In this document: positions 39,691-49,787 of the stretch, in pieces
How positions within the stretch are numbered: position 1 is the stretch's first letter
Layout: the number at the start of each line of letters is the position of its first letter
Assembly (NCBI GenBank): GCA_965202985.1
Contig: CBDBCF010000001.1
Location: 544,001-608,000, forward strand
Direction of reading: 5' to 3'
From: Longimicrobiales bacterium
Lineage (GTDB): Bacteria > Gemmatimonadota > Gemmatimonadetes > Longimicrobiales > Gaopeijiaceae
DNA: 64,000 nucleotides
The notes under the pieces: model-generated
Database searches by the model: none
Seen by the model: the letters and a program-made list of their open reading frames with translations, nothing else
Told to the model about the DNA's origin: nothing
Program-made: the position numbers and the translations under genes

Positions 39691-40029
39691 CTACTCCTTC
39701 TCGGCGTCGCCGCCACGACCGGCGATGAAGGCTTCCACGGCGTTCCCGGAGGGTCGTCCGGCGGTCGCCCGCTTGCGCATGGCGATGCCCCGCAGTCGGT
39801 CGAGGGCCGCGTCCACCGTTCGCAGCCGGATCGAGTCGCCCTGGAGGCTGGCCACCAACTCCGTCCGGCCCCGGATGCCCAGCGCCCGGCGAAACTTGGC
39901 GGGCACCACCAGCCGCCCGGCCTTGTCGACGACCACCTGCTCGGTGTCGGCCAAGCGGCCCGGCCGCTTTTCGCCATTCGGCGGCCGATCTGCCATTGAC
40001 ACGGGTTCCTGCCGTTCTTGGTCGTTCAT
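39691..40029 (-). CDS. AbrB/MazE-family antitoxin
   Basis: VDKAGRLVVPAKFRRALGI; start uncertain. Confidence 0.85.
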   Translation of the reverse strand: MNDQERQEPVSMADRPPNGEKRPGRLADTEQVVVDKAGRLVVPAKFRRALGIRGRTELVASLQGDSIRLRTVDAALDRLRGIAMRKRATAGRPSGNAVEAFIAGRGGDAEKE

Positions 40030-40062
40030 GCCATGTCTCCGTATGTGTACCATGGTGAGGAA

Positions 40063-40071
40063 ATCATACCA
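40063..40071 (-). promoter_or_regulatory. Possible extended -10 (TGnTATGAT) for the AbrB operon
   Basis: AT-rich intergenic tract upstream of AbrB. Confidence 0.35.
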
Positions 40072-40171
40072 CATTCTTGCCAATATGCCCAAGGCGGTCA
40101 AGATTGCCATTCAAGATCGTCCTCCCGTTCCCCACGCAAGCACCACGACGCCCATCGTGAAGGAAGCAGAC

Positions 40172-40687
40172 ATGCGGTACCCCATCGGCCTGTTCTCCCC
40201 GCCCGATCCCGTGACTCCGGCGCACGTCGACGCCTGGATTGCCGAGATCGAGGTCCTGCCCACCGACCTTCGGCGTACCGTGGCTCCCCTGACGGACCAG
40301 CAGCTCGACACGCCGTATCGCCCGTCCGGGTGGACCGTTCGGCAGGTCGTCCACCACCTGGCGGACAGCCACATGAACAGCTGCGTCCGGTTCAAGTGGG
40401 CGCTCACCGAGGACCGGCCCACGATCAAGACCTACGACGAGCAGGGTTGGGCGGAGATGCCCGACTACCGGGGGCCGATCGCCGTCTCCCTCGACTTGCT
40501 GGACGCCCTCCACCGCCGCTGGGCGAGGTTGCTGCGGGGGCTGGACGGGTCCCAGCTGCGGCGCGAGTTCGTGCATCCCGACACCGGCCCCGCGGTTCTG
40601 GCGGAGACGGTCGGCGTCTATGCATGGCACGGGCGGCATCACCTTGCGCACATCGAACGGCTCATGGAGCGCGAGGGCTGGCGGTAG
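40172..40687 (+). CDS. YfiT-like DinB-superfamily thiol S-transferase
   Basis: MRYPIG, LDTPYRPSGWTVRQVVHHLADSH, YAWHGRHHLAHI. Confidence 0.9.
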   Translation: MRYPIGLFSPPDPVTPAHVDAWIAEIEVLPTDLRRTVAPLTDQQLDTPYRPSGWTVRQVVHHLADSHMNSCVRFKWALTEDRPTIKTYDEQGWAEMPDYRGPIAVSLDLLDALHRRWARLLRGLDGSQLRREFVHPDTGPAVLAETVGVYAWHGRHHLAHIERLMEREGWR

Positions 40688-41660
40688 GCCGCGCCTCCGC
40701 TTCGGTCCAATACCCGATGATCTTGTAGACCAGCTTCGCGACCAGGAAGTCGGGCGCGACAAGGCCCGGAATGGGCGCATGCTCCACTACGTCCGCACCG
40801 ACGACCCGACGCTCCGCGAAGACGCGCCGCAGGAACGTGGTGGCTTGGCGCCAAGTGCCGCCGCCGGGCTCGGGCGTGCCCGTCGACGGAACCAGCGACG
40901 GATCGAAGAAGTCCACGTCGAAGGTGAGGTAGACCGGATCGCCCAGCGCTTCCAGCGCCCGGTCCATCCAGCCGTCGTCTTCCGCCATGGCTTCGCCCGT
41001 GAACGCGGTCACGTTGTCCCGCTCCTGCGCGACCCTCCACTCTTCTGCGCCGATCCCCCGGACGCCCACCGAGACCAAATCAACCACGTCGACCACGCGG
41101 CCCATGGCGCAGGCGTGCGAATAGGGGCTGCCGTCGAAGGCGTCCCGCAGGTCCAGGTGGGCGTCCATCTGGAGGACGGCGAGGCGGCCGTCGCAGCGAG
41201 CCGCGTGGGCCAGGATCGCCGGGGCCGACACCGAGTGTTCGCCGCCGAGCATGATCACGCGCCGACCTGCGGCGGCGTCCAGGACGAGGCCGAACGCGCG
41301 TTCCAGCTCCGCCATGGCTCGGTCCGCCGCGCCCCGTTCCAGCTCCAGCGCCGGGAAGGTGTAGACGCCCTCCTCCGACGGGTCGCGGCCCAGCTCCTGG
41401 TCGTACAGCTCCACGTAGCGGGATGCGTCGATGATCGCCTGGGGGCCGCGGCGCGTGTCCGTGCCCCAGCTGGCGGTGGCTTCATAGGGCACCGGCAGGA
41501 GCCACGTGCCCGCCTCGCCGTGGGTCGCCTTGGCCCCGTCCATCCCCAAGAAGACGCGCGGGAGTTCCCACGGAAGCATGGACAAGCCCGACGGCAACTC
41601 GTGGATCGTGCCCTTCCCGGACCGGCTCGCGGTCTCCGGGTCTCTTCGGTTCGGCGTCAT
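40662..41660 (-). CDS. speB: Agmatinase
   Basis: GGEHS, DAHLD, TFDVDFFDPS, TGTPEPGG. Confidence 0.9.
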   Translation of the reverse strand: MTPNRRDPETASRSGKGTIHELPSGLSMLPWELPRVFLGMDGAKATHGEAGTWLLPVPYEATASWGTDTRRGPQAIIDASRYVELYDQELGRDPSEEGVYTFPALELERGAADRAMAELERAFGLVLDAAAGRRVIMLGGEHSVSAPAILAHAARCDGRLAVLQMDAHLDLRDAFDGSPYSHACAMGRVVDVVDLVSVGVRGIGAEEWRVAQERDNVTAFTGEAMAEDDGWMDRALEALGDPVYLTFDVDFFDPSLVPSTGTPEPGGGTWRQATTFLRRVFAERRVVGADVVEHAPIPGLVAPDFLVAKLVYKIIGYWTEAEARPTASPRAP

Positions 41661-41785
41661 CGCAAAGCGTCCTCCGGCCAACTTGCCTTCTTTGCCCAGT
41701 CAATGGATTCTGGAAGGAAGGCGGCCGCCGGCCAACCGGCAAGCCGCCGAACGTCCGTGAGCCCAATCGCCCGCCGGAGTTCGCC

Positions 41786-43543
41786 GTGGCCATAGACGCA
41801 TCGCAGTTCTGGAGCCAGGTCCGACTCGGCGAAGACTCGGAACTCGAGTTCAAGGAGGTCCGGTTCAGGGGCGCTCGCCTGTCGTCGCCGAAGCGACCTG
41901 CCATTGCCGACGAGCTGGCAGCGCTGGCCAATTCGCAGGGCGGTCGTCTGGTCTTCGGCGTCACCGACAAGCGCCAAGTCCAGTTGCTGGACCCGGAAAA
42001 GCTGGACGCGGTCGCCGACTTCGTGACCGAACTCTGCGCCGACAGCATCGACCCGCCGCTGGACTTCAGCCTTCACCGAGTTCCGACGCCCGAGCAGCCC
42101 GACCACGGGGTGCTGGTCGTGGAGGTACCGGCGCGGCGCGCCGTGCATCGTTCGCCGGGCGGGTTTTTCCGCCGACGGGGAGCCAGCAAGCGGCTCATGG
42201 CGTCTGCCGAGATCCGGCGGCTTCGGGCGAACGGCCGCTTGAGCGTCAAGTCCGCGGATACCCAGGTGGTGGCTGGCACCGGTGTCGCCGCTCTGGATCC
42301 CAGCCTTTGGCGCCGGTACGCCAGTTCGCGGTCGGGGGACGACGACGAGATCGCGTTGAGCAAGCTCAAGTTCGTCAAGGAGGACGCCCAAGGGGTGGTC
42401 CGAGCGACGGTGGGAGGCGTGCTCTTGGCCAGCCGGGACCCCCGCGAATGGCTGCCGGGCGCCTTCATTCATGCGGTCTGCTACGACGACGACCGCATGG
42501 ACGGGGATCGCTAGCTGGATGCGCAGGACATCACCGGACCGCTCGACCAGCAGATTCGGGACGCGGTGCGGTTCGTCGCGCGCAACCGCCGCGTCGCCGC
42601 CCGCAAGGAACCTGCGCGTCGCGACGTGCCCGCGCCGTCTTCGAAGCCATTGTCAACGCCCTGGTCCACCGCGACTACGCCGTTTCCGGCTCCAAGACGC
42701 CTCTTCATGTTCGACGACCGGCTGGAGCTCTACTCTCCCGGCAACCTTGGCAACTCCATGAGCGTGGAGGACTTGCGAACGAGTCAGTTCACGCGCAACG
42801 AGCTGCTGGCGTCGCGGTTGGGCCAGTGTCCGGTCGGCGAGGTGGCGGGCGCCGGCAGTCGGCTGTACTTCATCGAGCGACGGGGCGAGGGAGTCGGCGT
42901 GATCGAAGACGAGACGTTTGCGCTCGCCGGGCGCAAGCCTCTCTTCGAGGTCGTCGGCGACCGGGAGCTGAAGCTGGTCCTGCCGTCAGCCAGTCCGCCC
43001 GTGCCGGACGGCGTCAGTGCCCCGGTCGCCGTCGTCCATGCCGACACGGGCCAACCCCTCCGAGACATCCACGTCCTCATGGTCTACCCCAACAAGACCT
43101 TCCGCGAGGCGCGCACCGACGCCTTCGGCCACGCCGACTTCGAGCTCTACGCCAAGCTCCCCATGACCGTGTTCTGCGCGGCCCATGGCTTCGCTGCCCA
43201 AGTCGTGTCGGATTGGCGGCCTGGGGACGGCGCCGAGCCAGCGTCCGAGGTGCAAATGCGTCCAGTCCCCGACGGCGGTTCCGTGATCTTTCCCGACCGG
43301 ACCGGCCACGTGCCAGGGCTGCGTGGCAGGTTGAACCCCATCCGCGACAGCCTCGATCGCCTGTACGTCTACGCCGACAACGTCGCAGTCAACACCGGCG
43401 TCCCCCAGCCGGTTCACTTCCAGCTCGACGAGCCCCTCGATATGACCGACGCCCACGGGGCCACGGTCACCGTCCGGTTCCGCGAGGTGATCGGCGCATC
43501 CAGCGTGTTGGATTATGCCCTCGGGCTGTCGTCCGTCCGGTAA
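41786..43543 (+). pseudogene. AlbA_2 (Schlafen) + HATPase_c_4 protein, disrupted
   Basis: GEDSELEFKE, ALANSQGG; in-frame TAG at 42512; EAIVNALVHRDY lies in a shifted frame; FDDRLELYSPG resumes. Confidence 0.85.
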
Positions 43544-43616
43544 CGCCCGGGGCAGCGAATGCGCCCTCTTTTGTGAGAGGCCGTGCGTGGTCCATCGGAC
43601 GCACTTCATTGCCCAC

Positions 43617-43646
43617 GTAAACCAAATCGCCCCTTCGTCCCATCTA
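43617..43646 (+). promoter_or_regulatory. Conserved cassette leader, copy 3: GTAAACC-N17-CATCTA
   Basis: gtaaaccaaatcgccccttcgtcccatcta matches copies 1 and 2. Confidence 0.7.
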
Positions 43647-43826
43647 CATGGTACCGCGGCGAGAGACATTGGGCCGATCAGCCATCAGTCAGGGGGTTGG
43701 CGAACGGCTTCGGATATTGCGGAAGGACATGCGCTCGTGTACCTTGAAAACACATGTCGCCGGACCGGGGGCCGCTTCGGGCTGCCCGGAAAGCGATCAG
43801 CCCTGCAAGATGGAGGTGACCAAGCG

Positions 43827-44135
43827 ATGCTGGATCGGATAACGAGGAAACTGCTGCTGGGCGTCGCGCTTCTTCCTATCGCGGTAGCTTGCGACGGAAG
43901 CGGGGTAACGTCAGCCCAGGTCTCGACGCCCGAGGAGTTTGAGGCGCACCTGATCGATGAGGGGGCGACTCCCGTCGTGGCACGACTCATTCGACACGCC
44001 ATCGAACTCGAGGACGGCGAGGTGCTTCGCTTTGGGCCCACAGGCTCGCTAGCCGATACCGACCGGGTGTTGCGAAGGTACAGCCTGCCGGACGGGATGG
44101 AGGCTGTCGTCGTTCCTAAAGGAGGGGACAGATGA
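43827..44135 (+). CDS. Small lipoprotein (102 aa)
   Basis: GGAGGT RBS; MLDRITRKLLLGVALLPIAVAC lipobox; ATGA overlap with next gene. Confidence 0.75.
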   Translation: MLDRITRKLLLGVALLPIAVACDGSGVTSAQVSTPEEFEAHLIDEGATPVVARLIRHAIELEDGEVLRFGPTGSLADTDRVLRRYSLPDGMEAVVVPKGGDR

Positions 44136-44397
44136 GCCGCAAGGGACTACCCTTTTTCCTGCGACGGCTCTGCTGCTGGTTCACGGAGCAGTATCTGTGT
44201 CAGGTCAGGACGAGCACCCGGAACCTGACTGCTCGACAGACGAGGACAAGCCAAGTCGGTGGAAGCCGTGGACTTGGGATAACTGGGACGACTTCAAGGA
44301 CTGCATACTAGACGAGATGCGGGAAGGCTGTCGCCGGGGATCTATCCACGAGGTGCACGATCAGACGCACTTCCACTGTACTGAGGACGCTTCATGA
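44132..44397 (+). pseudogene. Secreted 4-Cys peptide B1 (1-nt frameshift at about 44160)
   Basis: MSRKGLPFF/ATALLLVHGAVSVSG signal joined to QDEHPEPDCS...WDDFKDCILDEMREGCRRG...HFHCTEDAS. Confidence 0.7.
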
Positions 44398-44654
44398 ACA
44401 CATCTAAGGGGGTTGCGAGGGCCTTGGTTCTTGGGAGCTTGGTCCTAATTTTCTTCCCAGTGCCCGAAGAAGCGCGCCCTCAGTCGGAGTCGGAGGGGTG
44501 CTCTCTGCACTGGACGGAGGAGACGGACGACGAAGACTGGAAGGAGTTTCTGGGAGTGCGCCGATAGGAGTACGAGAGGTGTGACCGCCAGGGCGAGCTG
44601 TCGATGACAAGACACGGCGACCACTACGACCTGCATTTCAAGGGCAGTTGCTAG
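44394..44654 (+). pseudogene. Secreted 4-Cys peptide B2 (in-frame TAG at 44565 from apparent +1/-1 indels)
   Basis: ATGA-coupled; signal MNTSKGVARALVLGSLVLIFFPVPEEARP; reconstructs to GCSLHW...WKEFLECADxEYERCDRQG...HFKGSC. Confidence 0.65.
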
Positions 44655-44663
44655 GAGGGCGAA

Positions 44664-44918
44664 ATGGCAATAGTGCCGGATCGCGCCGAGCGTTTTCGGA
44701 CCGCGCTGGTCTGCGGTTGGGTTGGGTGGCTTCTGGCCTACGCCTATACCCTGTGGCAGTGCTGGGCTTGTGGCGTGGGGAGCGAAAGACTGCTGGTCGC
44801 CGTGGCCAGTCCTTTTTCCGTTGCGATGGCGACTGCGGGAGCGTTGCTCGGCTGGATCGCGACGGCGGTTCGCCAGCGTAAGGCGCGAAAATCCGTTTCG
44901 GGGCGGCCCGAGGCCTAA
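44664..44918 (+). CDS. Small two-TM membrane protein
   Basis: GGAGG RBS; two hydrophobic helices with WQCWAC loop; basic tail. Confidence 0.6.
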   Translation: MAIVPDRAERFRTALVCGWVGWLLAYAYTLWQCWACGVGSERLLVAVASPFSVAMATAGALLGWIATAVRQRKARKSVSGRPEA

Positions 44919-45007
44919 GGTTCCGGTAGCTCGGACCGGATCGGGAGCCGACGAGGCCGCAGGTTCGGCGTCCCCAGGCCGAGCCGAACCACGGACTTGG
45001 CCCGACC

Positions 45008-45090
45008 AAGGTCTACGTGGACCACCTGCAGAACGGCCACGGCCGCCTGATCGCGGCGTCGTACTGCGTGCGCCCCCTTCCCGGTGCCGA
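45008..45090 (+). pseudogene. Fragment of LigD-type primase-polymerase domain
   Basis: KVYVDHLQNGHGRLIAASYCVRPLPGA resembles the LigD Pol motif KxYxDYLQNxxGxTxAAPYSVRxxPGA. Confidence 0.65.
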
Positions 45091-45369
45091 CCCGATCCAC
45101 ACCCAGATCACGCCCATCGTGCACCTGGGCAAGGCCTACCTGGAGGAAAACCGGCGTAGGGTCATTCTCCTTCCCAGGCAAGCCGTTGCCCCTCGGCAGA
45201 CGCTAGGGTAAGGTGGGCGTAAGTTAGCCTGACATCTAAGCTAGGAACGGCGGGCCGCACGGCCAGGCCGGGCTCCGGCGTCGGTGCAGATCGAGCCGCG
45301 GCCCGGCCATTCACTTTGCGAACGAATCGGAGCCACAAAATGCTAGCCTTTCGCGCAAAACCCCTAACC

Positions 45370-46410
45370 ATGCGCGCACACATCCTTTCCCGGCTGGTCG
45401 TCGCAGTGCTGGCAACGTTCGTCGTTCAGGCGGCGTGCGGGGACGCCTCCAGCCGGCCGGCGGCATCGTATCCTTTCGCGGCCGACGCGGATCGGGCCGT
45501 CGCCGACTTCGCCGAAGTCTTTCGAGTCGTGGACACGCTTGTCATGGCGGAGAACGACAGCGTCGTGATCGGGAGTCCGCTCGTCCGCTTCGACGGCGAG
45601 GACTTTGTAATGGCGGACCTCTTCTCTGCACAGGTCCGTTTGTATACCCGACGCGGCGAACTGCTGTGGGCACGGGGACAGCACGGCGACGGACCCGGCG
45701 AGTTTCTTTCTCCGGTGTCGGCCCGCCGAACAACCGACGGACGGGTGGTCGTGGCAGACATTTCGGCCACGAGGGCAACCTACTTCGAGCCCACATTGGA
45801 CCTTGAACCTGCGACAGCAGATGTCCCGTTCCTGACCCTGGACTACATCGACGTGGGCAATGGACGGCGGTTGATCGTGGGCGAAGCGCTAGGCGCATCG
45901 GGCCGTCCCCAAAGCATGCTTCACTTGTGGGACGCCGCATCGCGCACCGTGGAACGCTCGTTCATGGCCGATCCGTTTCCGCCGGAGCTGGCCGCGGCTT
46001 GGGAGAACGTGCTGTACGTGGACGCCCAAGTCGCAAGGGACACGATCTGGGCCGTGTCGGCCCTTTCCGACAGCGTGTACGCGTTCCTGTTGGACGGCGC
46101 CTCGGCCGGTACGGTTCCCCTGCCGTTGAGCCCGCAACCGGAGACGGACGGGGACTTGGCCCCCCTTTGGCTGGCAGCGCACGTGCACATGCTCGACGAC
46201 GGCGACATCGCGGTTCAGCTCTACGACGTCGACATGGAAACGCAGGCGCGCACATGGCACTTGGCCGTGGTCGGGCGAGACGGAGCGCCGAAAGCACTGC
46301 TCCGCGACACGCCCAAGCTGTACGTGGTGGCGAACGACCTGTTCTACTTCCAGAGTCCAGACCACCTAGAACCGAACCGATGGATCGCGGCCCGTCGGAA
46401 GGGCGGCTGA
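45370..46410 (+). CDS. 6-bladed beta-propeller lipoprotein P4
   Basis: QAAC lipobox; GQHGDGPGEF; LRDTPKLYVVANDLFYFQ shared with P1/P2. Confidence 0.85.
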   Translation: MRAHILSRLVVAVLATFVVQAACGDASSRPAASYPFAADADRAVADFAEVFRVVDTLVMAENDSVVIGSPLVRFDGEDFVMADLFSAQVRLYTRRGELLWARGQHGDGPGEFLSPVSARRTTDGRVVVADISATRATYFEPTLDLEPATADVPFLTLDYIDVGNGRRLIVGEALGASGRPQSMLHLWDAASRTVERSFMADPFPPELAAAWENVLYVDAQVARDTIWAVSALSDSVYAFLLDGASAGTVPLPLSPQPETDGDLAPLWLAAHVHMLDDGDIAVQLYDVDMETQARTWHLAVVGRDGAPKALLRDTPKLYVVANDLFYFQSPDHLEPNRWIAARRKGG

Positions 46411-46438
46411 CGGAAGCCGCCGCCGAGGGGGCCGTCGC

Positions 46439-46840
46439 CTACGAGGAGGAAGTTGCCCGGTTGCGACGCCGAACGCCGAGCGCCACGCAGGCGAACGATG
46501 CGATCCAACACCAGTACCCGATCAGCAGGTCGTCCACCGAGCCGCTGTCCGCCATTGCTCGTCCGGTCCAATAGAGGAAGTTGAACGCGGTCGCACCCGC
46601 CAGGGCCGGAAGCGCCCAACGCGCCCGCTTCGCAAAGGTGGCGACGGGCAAGAGCACGTTCGTGAGCGCGCTTGCGATGCTCCCGACTCTGGTCGTGTCG
46701 ATGAAGAGCGCGAGCACGAGGGCCTCCCAGCCTCGCGATATCCCAAACGAAGAGTCGGCCGGTAGCGCCAGCGAGACCCCGAACAGGAGCCACCCGACTG
46801 CGAGAAGGTAGGTCGAACGTCTGTCGCTGGCGTCGTCCAT
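46439..46840 (-). CDS. Hypothetical membrane protein
   Basis: GGAGG RBS; four hydrophobic segments; SLALPA and LLIGYWCW. Confidence 0.65.
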   Translation of the reverse strand: MDDASDRRSTYLLAVGWLLFGVSLALPADSSFGISRGWEALVLALFIDTTRVGSIASALTNVLLPVATFAKRARWALPALAGATAFNFLYWTGRAMADSGSVDDLLIGYWCWIASFACVALGVRRRNRATSSS

Positions 46841-46946
46841 GGTTCCTCCCGAGTCGTGCGTGATTCGCCCGGCCCCGCCCGATTCGCGTAGCTTACGGCC
46901 CGCCGCCAGCAGCTGGCAATAGAGGCCGTCCCCGTCCCATCCAGCC

Positions 46947-48041
46947 ATGGAATCGCCCGCACGCCATCAAACCGAGCCCGAGCCGCCGACCGACCGAGCG
47001 ACCACCAAGCGCCCGACCACGCCGGCGGCGGAAGAGATTCTGGGAGGCTACTTCCCCGTTCTGGACCACGGGTTCGTGGCGCTGTTGGACTACATGGGGG
47101 GCGACCAGGCCATCGAGCGCGCGGCTAGGGTCAGCTACGGCCACGGTACGCGCCACGTCTCCCGGACTCGGGGGCTCCTGCGATATCTGCGGCGGCACCT
47201 GCACACCACGCCGTCGGAGATGGTCGAGCTCAAGTTCCACTGCGCGATGCCCGTCTTCGTGGCGCGCCAGTGGATTCGTCACCGCACGGCCTCGGTGAAC
47301 GAGTACAGCGGCCGGTACTCGCTGATGCCGCTGCTGTTCTACCGTCCCGACGAGGAGCAGTTCGCGCTCCAGAGCACGGCCAACAAGCAGGGGCGCACGC
47401 AGCAGCCGCTGCCCGGCTTCGACCAGCACGGACTGGCGCCCGGCTCCGAACTCTACCAAGGCGCAATCGACCGCTGGAACGCGGCCCGCGAGCAAGCCGC
47501 CGAAGCTTATGGCTGGCTGGTGAAGGAAGACGTGGCCCGCGAGCTGGCCCGGATCGACCTGCCGCTGTCCACCTATACGCAGTGGTACTGGAAGATCGAC
47601 CTCCACAACCTGCTCCACTTCCTGACCCTGCGCGTGGACGCCCACGCCCAGTGGGAGATACGGGAGTACGCCCGCGTGATGGCGGGAATGGTCAAGCGGG
47701 TCGCTCCCCTGAGCTACGAGGCGTGGATCGACTACCAAGTGGCGGGGGCGCGTCTGTCGCGGGGAGAACTCGAGGCTTTGTCGCGGTTGGTGTCGGTGCA
47801 AGAGGACGGGGTTGCGGCGCGGGGGGATGGAACGCCAGGCGAAGACGACTGCGCCGGGGCCGCGCGCCTTTCCGACGACGACTTGGAGGGATTGGGCCTG
47901 TCGCCCCGCGAGGTGCGGGAGCTCAAGGCCAAGCTGGCGCCGGGGCCGGTCCCCGAGTTCGACCTGGACTTGGCCGAAATGCGGGACGCCGGGGAGGTGG
48001 AGGCGGAAACGGCGGCGGCGGTGCCCGATGTCGACCGATAG
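46947..48041 (+). CDS. thyX: FAD-dependent thymidylate synthase
   Basis: AARVSY, HTTPSE, RQWIRHRTASVNEYSGRY, HAQWEIR. Confidence 0.95.
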   Translation: MESPARHQTEPEPPTDRATTKRPTTPAAEEILGGYFPVLDHGFVALLDYMGGDQAIERAARVSYGHGTRHVSRTRGLLRYLRRHLHTTPSEMVELKFHCAMPVFVARQWIRHRTASVNEYSGRYSLMPLLFYRPDEEQFALQSTANKQGRTQQPLPGFDQHGLAPGSELYQGAIDRWNAAREQAAEAYGWLVKEDVARELARIDLPLSTYTQWYWKIDLHNLLHFLTLRVDAHAQWEIREYARVMAGMVKRVAPLSYEAWIDYQVAGARLSRGELEALSRLVSVQEDGVAARGDGTPGEDDCAGAARLSDDDLEGLGLSPREVRELKAKLAPGPVPEFDLDLAEMRDAGEVEAETAAAVPDVDR

Positions 48042-48774
48042 CCGACGCTCGCGGGCGGGGTCGGGTCGGCGTCGGGCGGCCTCCGAGAGGCGGTGCGCGG
48101 CAGCAGGCGTTCGACGGACGGGACGGACGGCGACAGCAACGATGGCGGGTGCGCTTCTGGGAGTCGCCAGCGCGGTGCTGGCGGGCTGGGCACCGGGAGC
48201 GAGCGCCCTGGCCGCCCAGGAGCACGAACTTCGTCAGTGGGACGTGTTGCGCGTCACCGGGGCGACGGTGCTTCGGGGCGGACCCGCGTCGCCGCCCAGG
48301 CTGCTCCCCGTCGCCTTGGAGGGCAGAGTGGCAGGGATGCGGGGCGATACGCTGCTCTTTGAGACGAAAGACGAGCCGATCTACTGGATCCCTTTGAGCG
48401 CGGGCCCGCCCCTGGTGGAGCGTCGCGCGCAGGTCACGGACAGGACCCGACTGACTCTGGTGTCGTCGGCGGTAGCGGGTGCGGCGGGCGCGACGTTTGC
48501 CTGGGGGCTCCACGACGGCTGCGGCGATCGGCCGCCCTCCCTGGCGAGCGCCTGCGACGAAAGGGAAAGCGGGAGCCGCGCGGCGTTGCGGGGCTTCGTT
48601 GCCGGGGTTGCGATCGGCGCGGCGGCGGGGCTCGTCTTGAGTCGCTTCGCCAAGCGATGGGGATGGGTGCCCGTGCCCGCCGACGCGATCCGCTACAGGC
48701 CTTGGCCGACTACGGACGACTCGGTTCGGCGCTCCGGCGGCGGTCTTCGTCCGCGGCTCGGGCCGCGTCGATGA
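48028..48774 (+). CDS. Hypothetical exported/membrane protein
   Basis: Signal-like segment ending ALAAQ; C-terminal Gly-rich hydrophobic hairpin; start may be 48142. Confidence 0.55.
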   Translation: MSTDSRRSRAGSGRRRAASERRCAAAGVRRTGRTATATMAGALLGVASAVLAGWAPGASALAAQEHELRQWDVLRVTGATVLRGGPASPPRLLPVALEGRVAGMRGDTLLFETKDEPIYWIPLSAGPPLVERRAQVTDRTRLTLVSSAVAGAAGATFAWGLHDGCGDRPPSLASACDERESGSRAALRGFVAGVAIGAAAGLVLSRFAKRWGWVPVPADAIRYRPWPTTDDSVRRSGGGLRPRLGPRR

Positions 48775-49150
48775 TCGCTTCCATGTGGGACAGGTACGCG
48801 TCCAGCGCGCGCCGGCCCTCGGATGTGAGTCGGTACCGCGTGACTGGCATTCGCTTGCCGCGTCGCTTGTCGCGGGACACGTAGCCGGCTTCCTCCAGCT
48901 TCCGAAGGTGGACCGACAGGTTGCCGTCGGTCAGGCCCAAGACGTTCTTCAGGTCCGAAAACGCCAGCGACTCCTCGGGAGCCAGTGCCGACGCGATTCC
49001 CAGCCGGACGCGCTGGTGAACCATGTTGTCCAGTTTTCCGGCGCTTCGGCCGGCTTGGCGCCGACGCCGTCCCTGTGCACCACCACCGGGTTCGCCGCTG
49101 CGTCCGTCCTGCGAACCGACGCGCGCCCGCGCACTGCTTCCCTCCGCCAC
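48710..49150 (-). CDS. Winged-helix transcriptional regulator (HTH_34-like)
   Basis: LDNMVHQRVRLGI, FSDLK..LGLTDGNLSVHLRKLEEAGYV. Confidence 0.85.
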   Translation of the reverse strand: MAEGSSARARVGSQDGRSGEPGGGAQGRRRRQAGRSAGKLDNMVHQRVRLGIASALAPEESLAFSDLKNVLGLTDGNLSVHLRKLEEAGYVSRDKRRGKRMPVTRYRLTSEGRRALDAYLSHMEAIIDAARAADEDRRRSAEPSRP

Positions 49151-49157
49151 CGCCCGT

Positions 49158-49751
49158 TCAGCTCCCGTACCTGCGCAGGACGAAGAGTCCGCCGGCCAGG
49201 TGGATGCCCCCGAACCCCATCGCCATGAAGTGGTCCCCCCACGCCGGACCCGCGGCCACGGCGGCGATTCCCGTCGCCATGAACGCCGCGCCCATGACGG
49301 GGATCGCGGGAACCGCCCACAGCCCTGCGGCCGACAGTCCCCCGCCGAACACCAACAGCCACATGGCCGGCAACAGCTCGGTTGCGCCGGCGGCATGCAG
49401 CGCGAACGTCAGCGCCCCGCCCGCGAAGACCGTCGGCCCCAGCCCCAGAACGAACCGGCGGCCGGCACCTCGGGCCAAAGGCTGCCCCGCCCTTCGAGCC
49501 TTGACGGCAATCGACGAGGCGCCGACCGCAAACGCCAGCGCCGCGGCCGCGAGCCAAGTCGCCAGCCAGGGGCCCGCACTCGGCTGGGAATGGGCCACGG
49601 GCGCGGCACCTGCGGCCACCGCGCTGACGCCGACGCCGCCCCAGCCCGAGAACGCCGTGAATCGGCTCGACCGGTCCATCGTCCGCCGGATGTAGGCCAG
49701 GTCGCTTGCGGCCTTGCCGTGAACCGCACGGACTTGCGTTGCGTCGGTCAT
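49158..49751 (-). CDS. Multi-pass membrane protein
   Basis: DLAYIRRTMDRSSRFTAFSGW then about 6 TM; FGGIH. Confidence 0.8.
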   Translation of the reverse strand: MTDATQVRAVHGKAASDLAYIRRTMDRSSRFTAFSGWGGVGVSAVAAGAAPVAHSQPSAGPWLATWLAAAALAFAVGASSIAVKARRAGQPLARGAGRRFVLGLGPTVFAGGALTFALHAAGATELLPAMWLLVFGGGLSAAGLWAVPAIPVMGAAFMATGIAAVAAGPAWGDHFMAMGFGGIHLAGGLFVLRRYGS

Positions 49752-49787
49752 GCGGCTCGTTCGCGGGTCATGCGGTCCGCTGGTCGG

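Noticed and set aside
42512..42514. Stop-codon readthrough or recoding at in-frame TAG (also 44565)
   Set aside because: Accompanied by indels, and TAG is used as a normal stop throughout the window
45208..45238. Possible fourth promoter copy (CATCTA at 45233)
   Set aside because: No GTAAACC box or conserved spacer upstream
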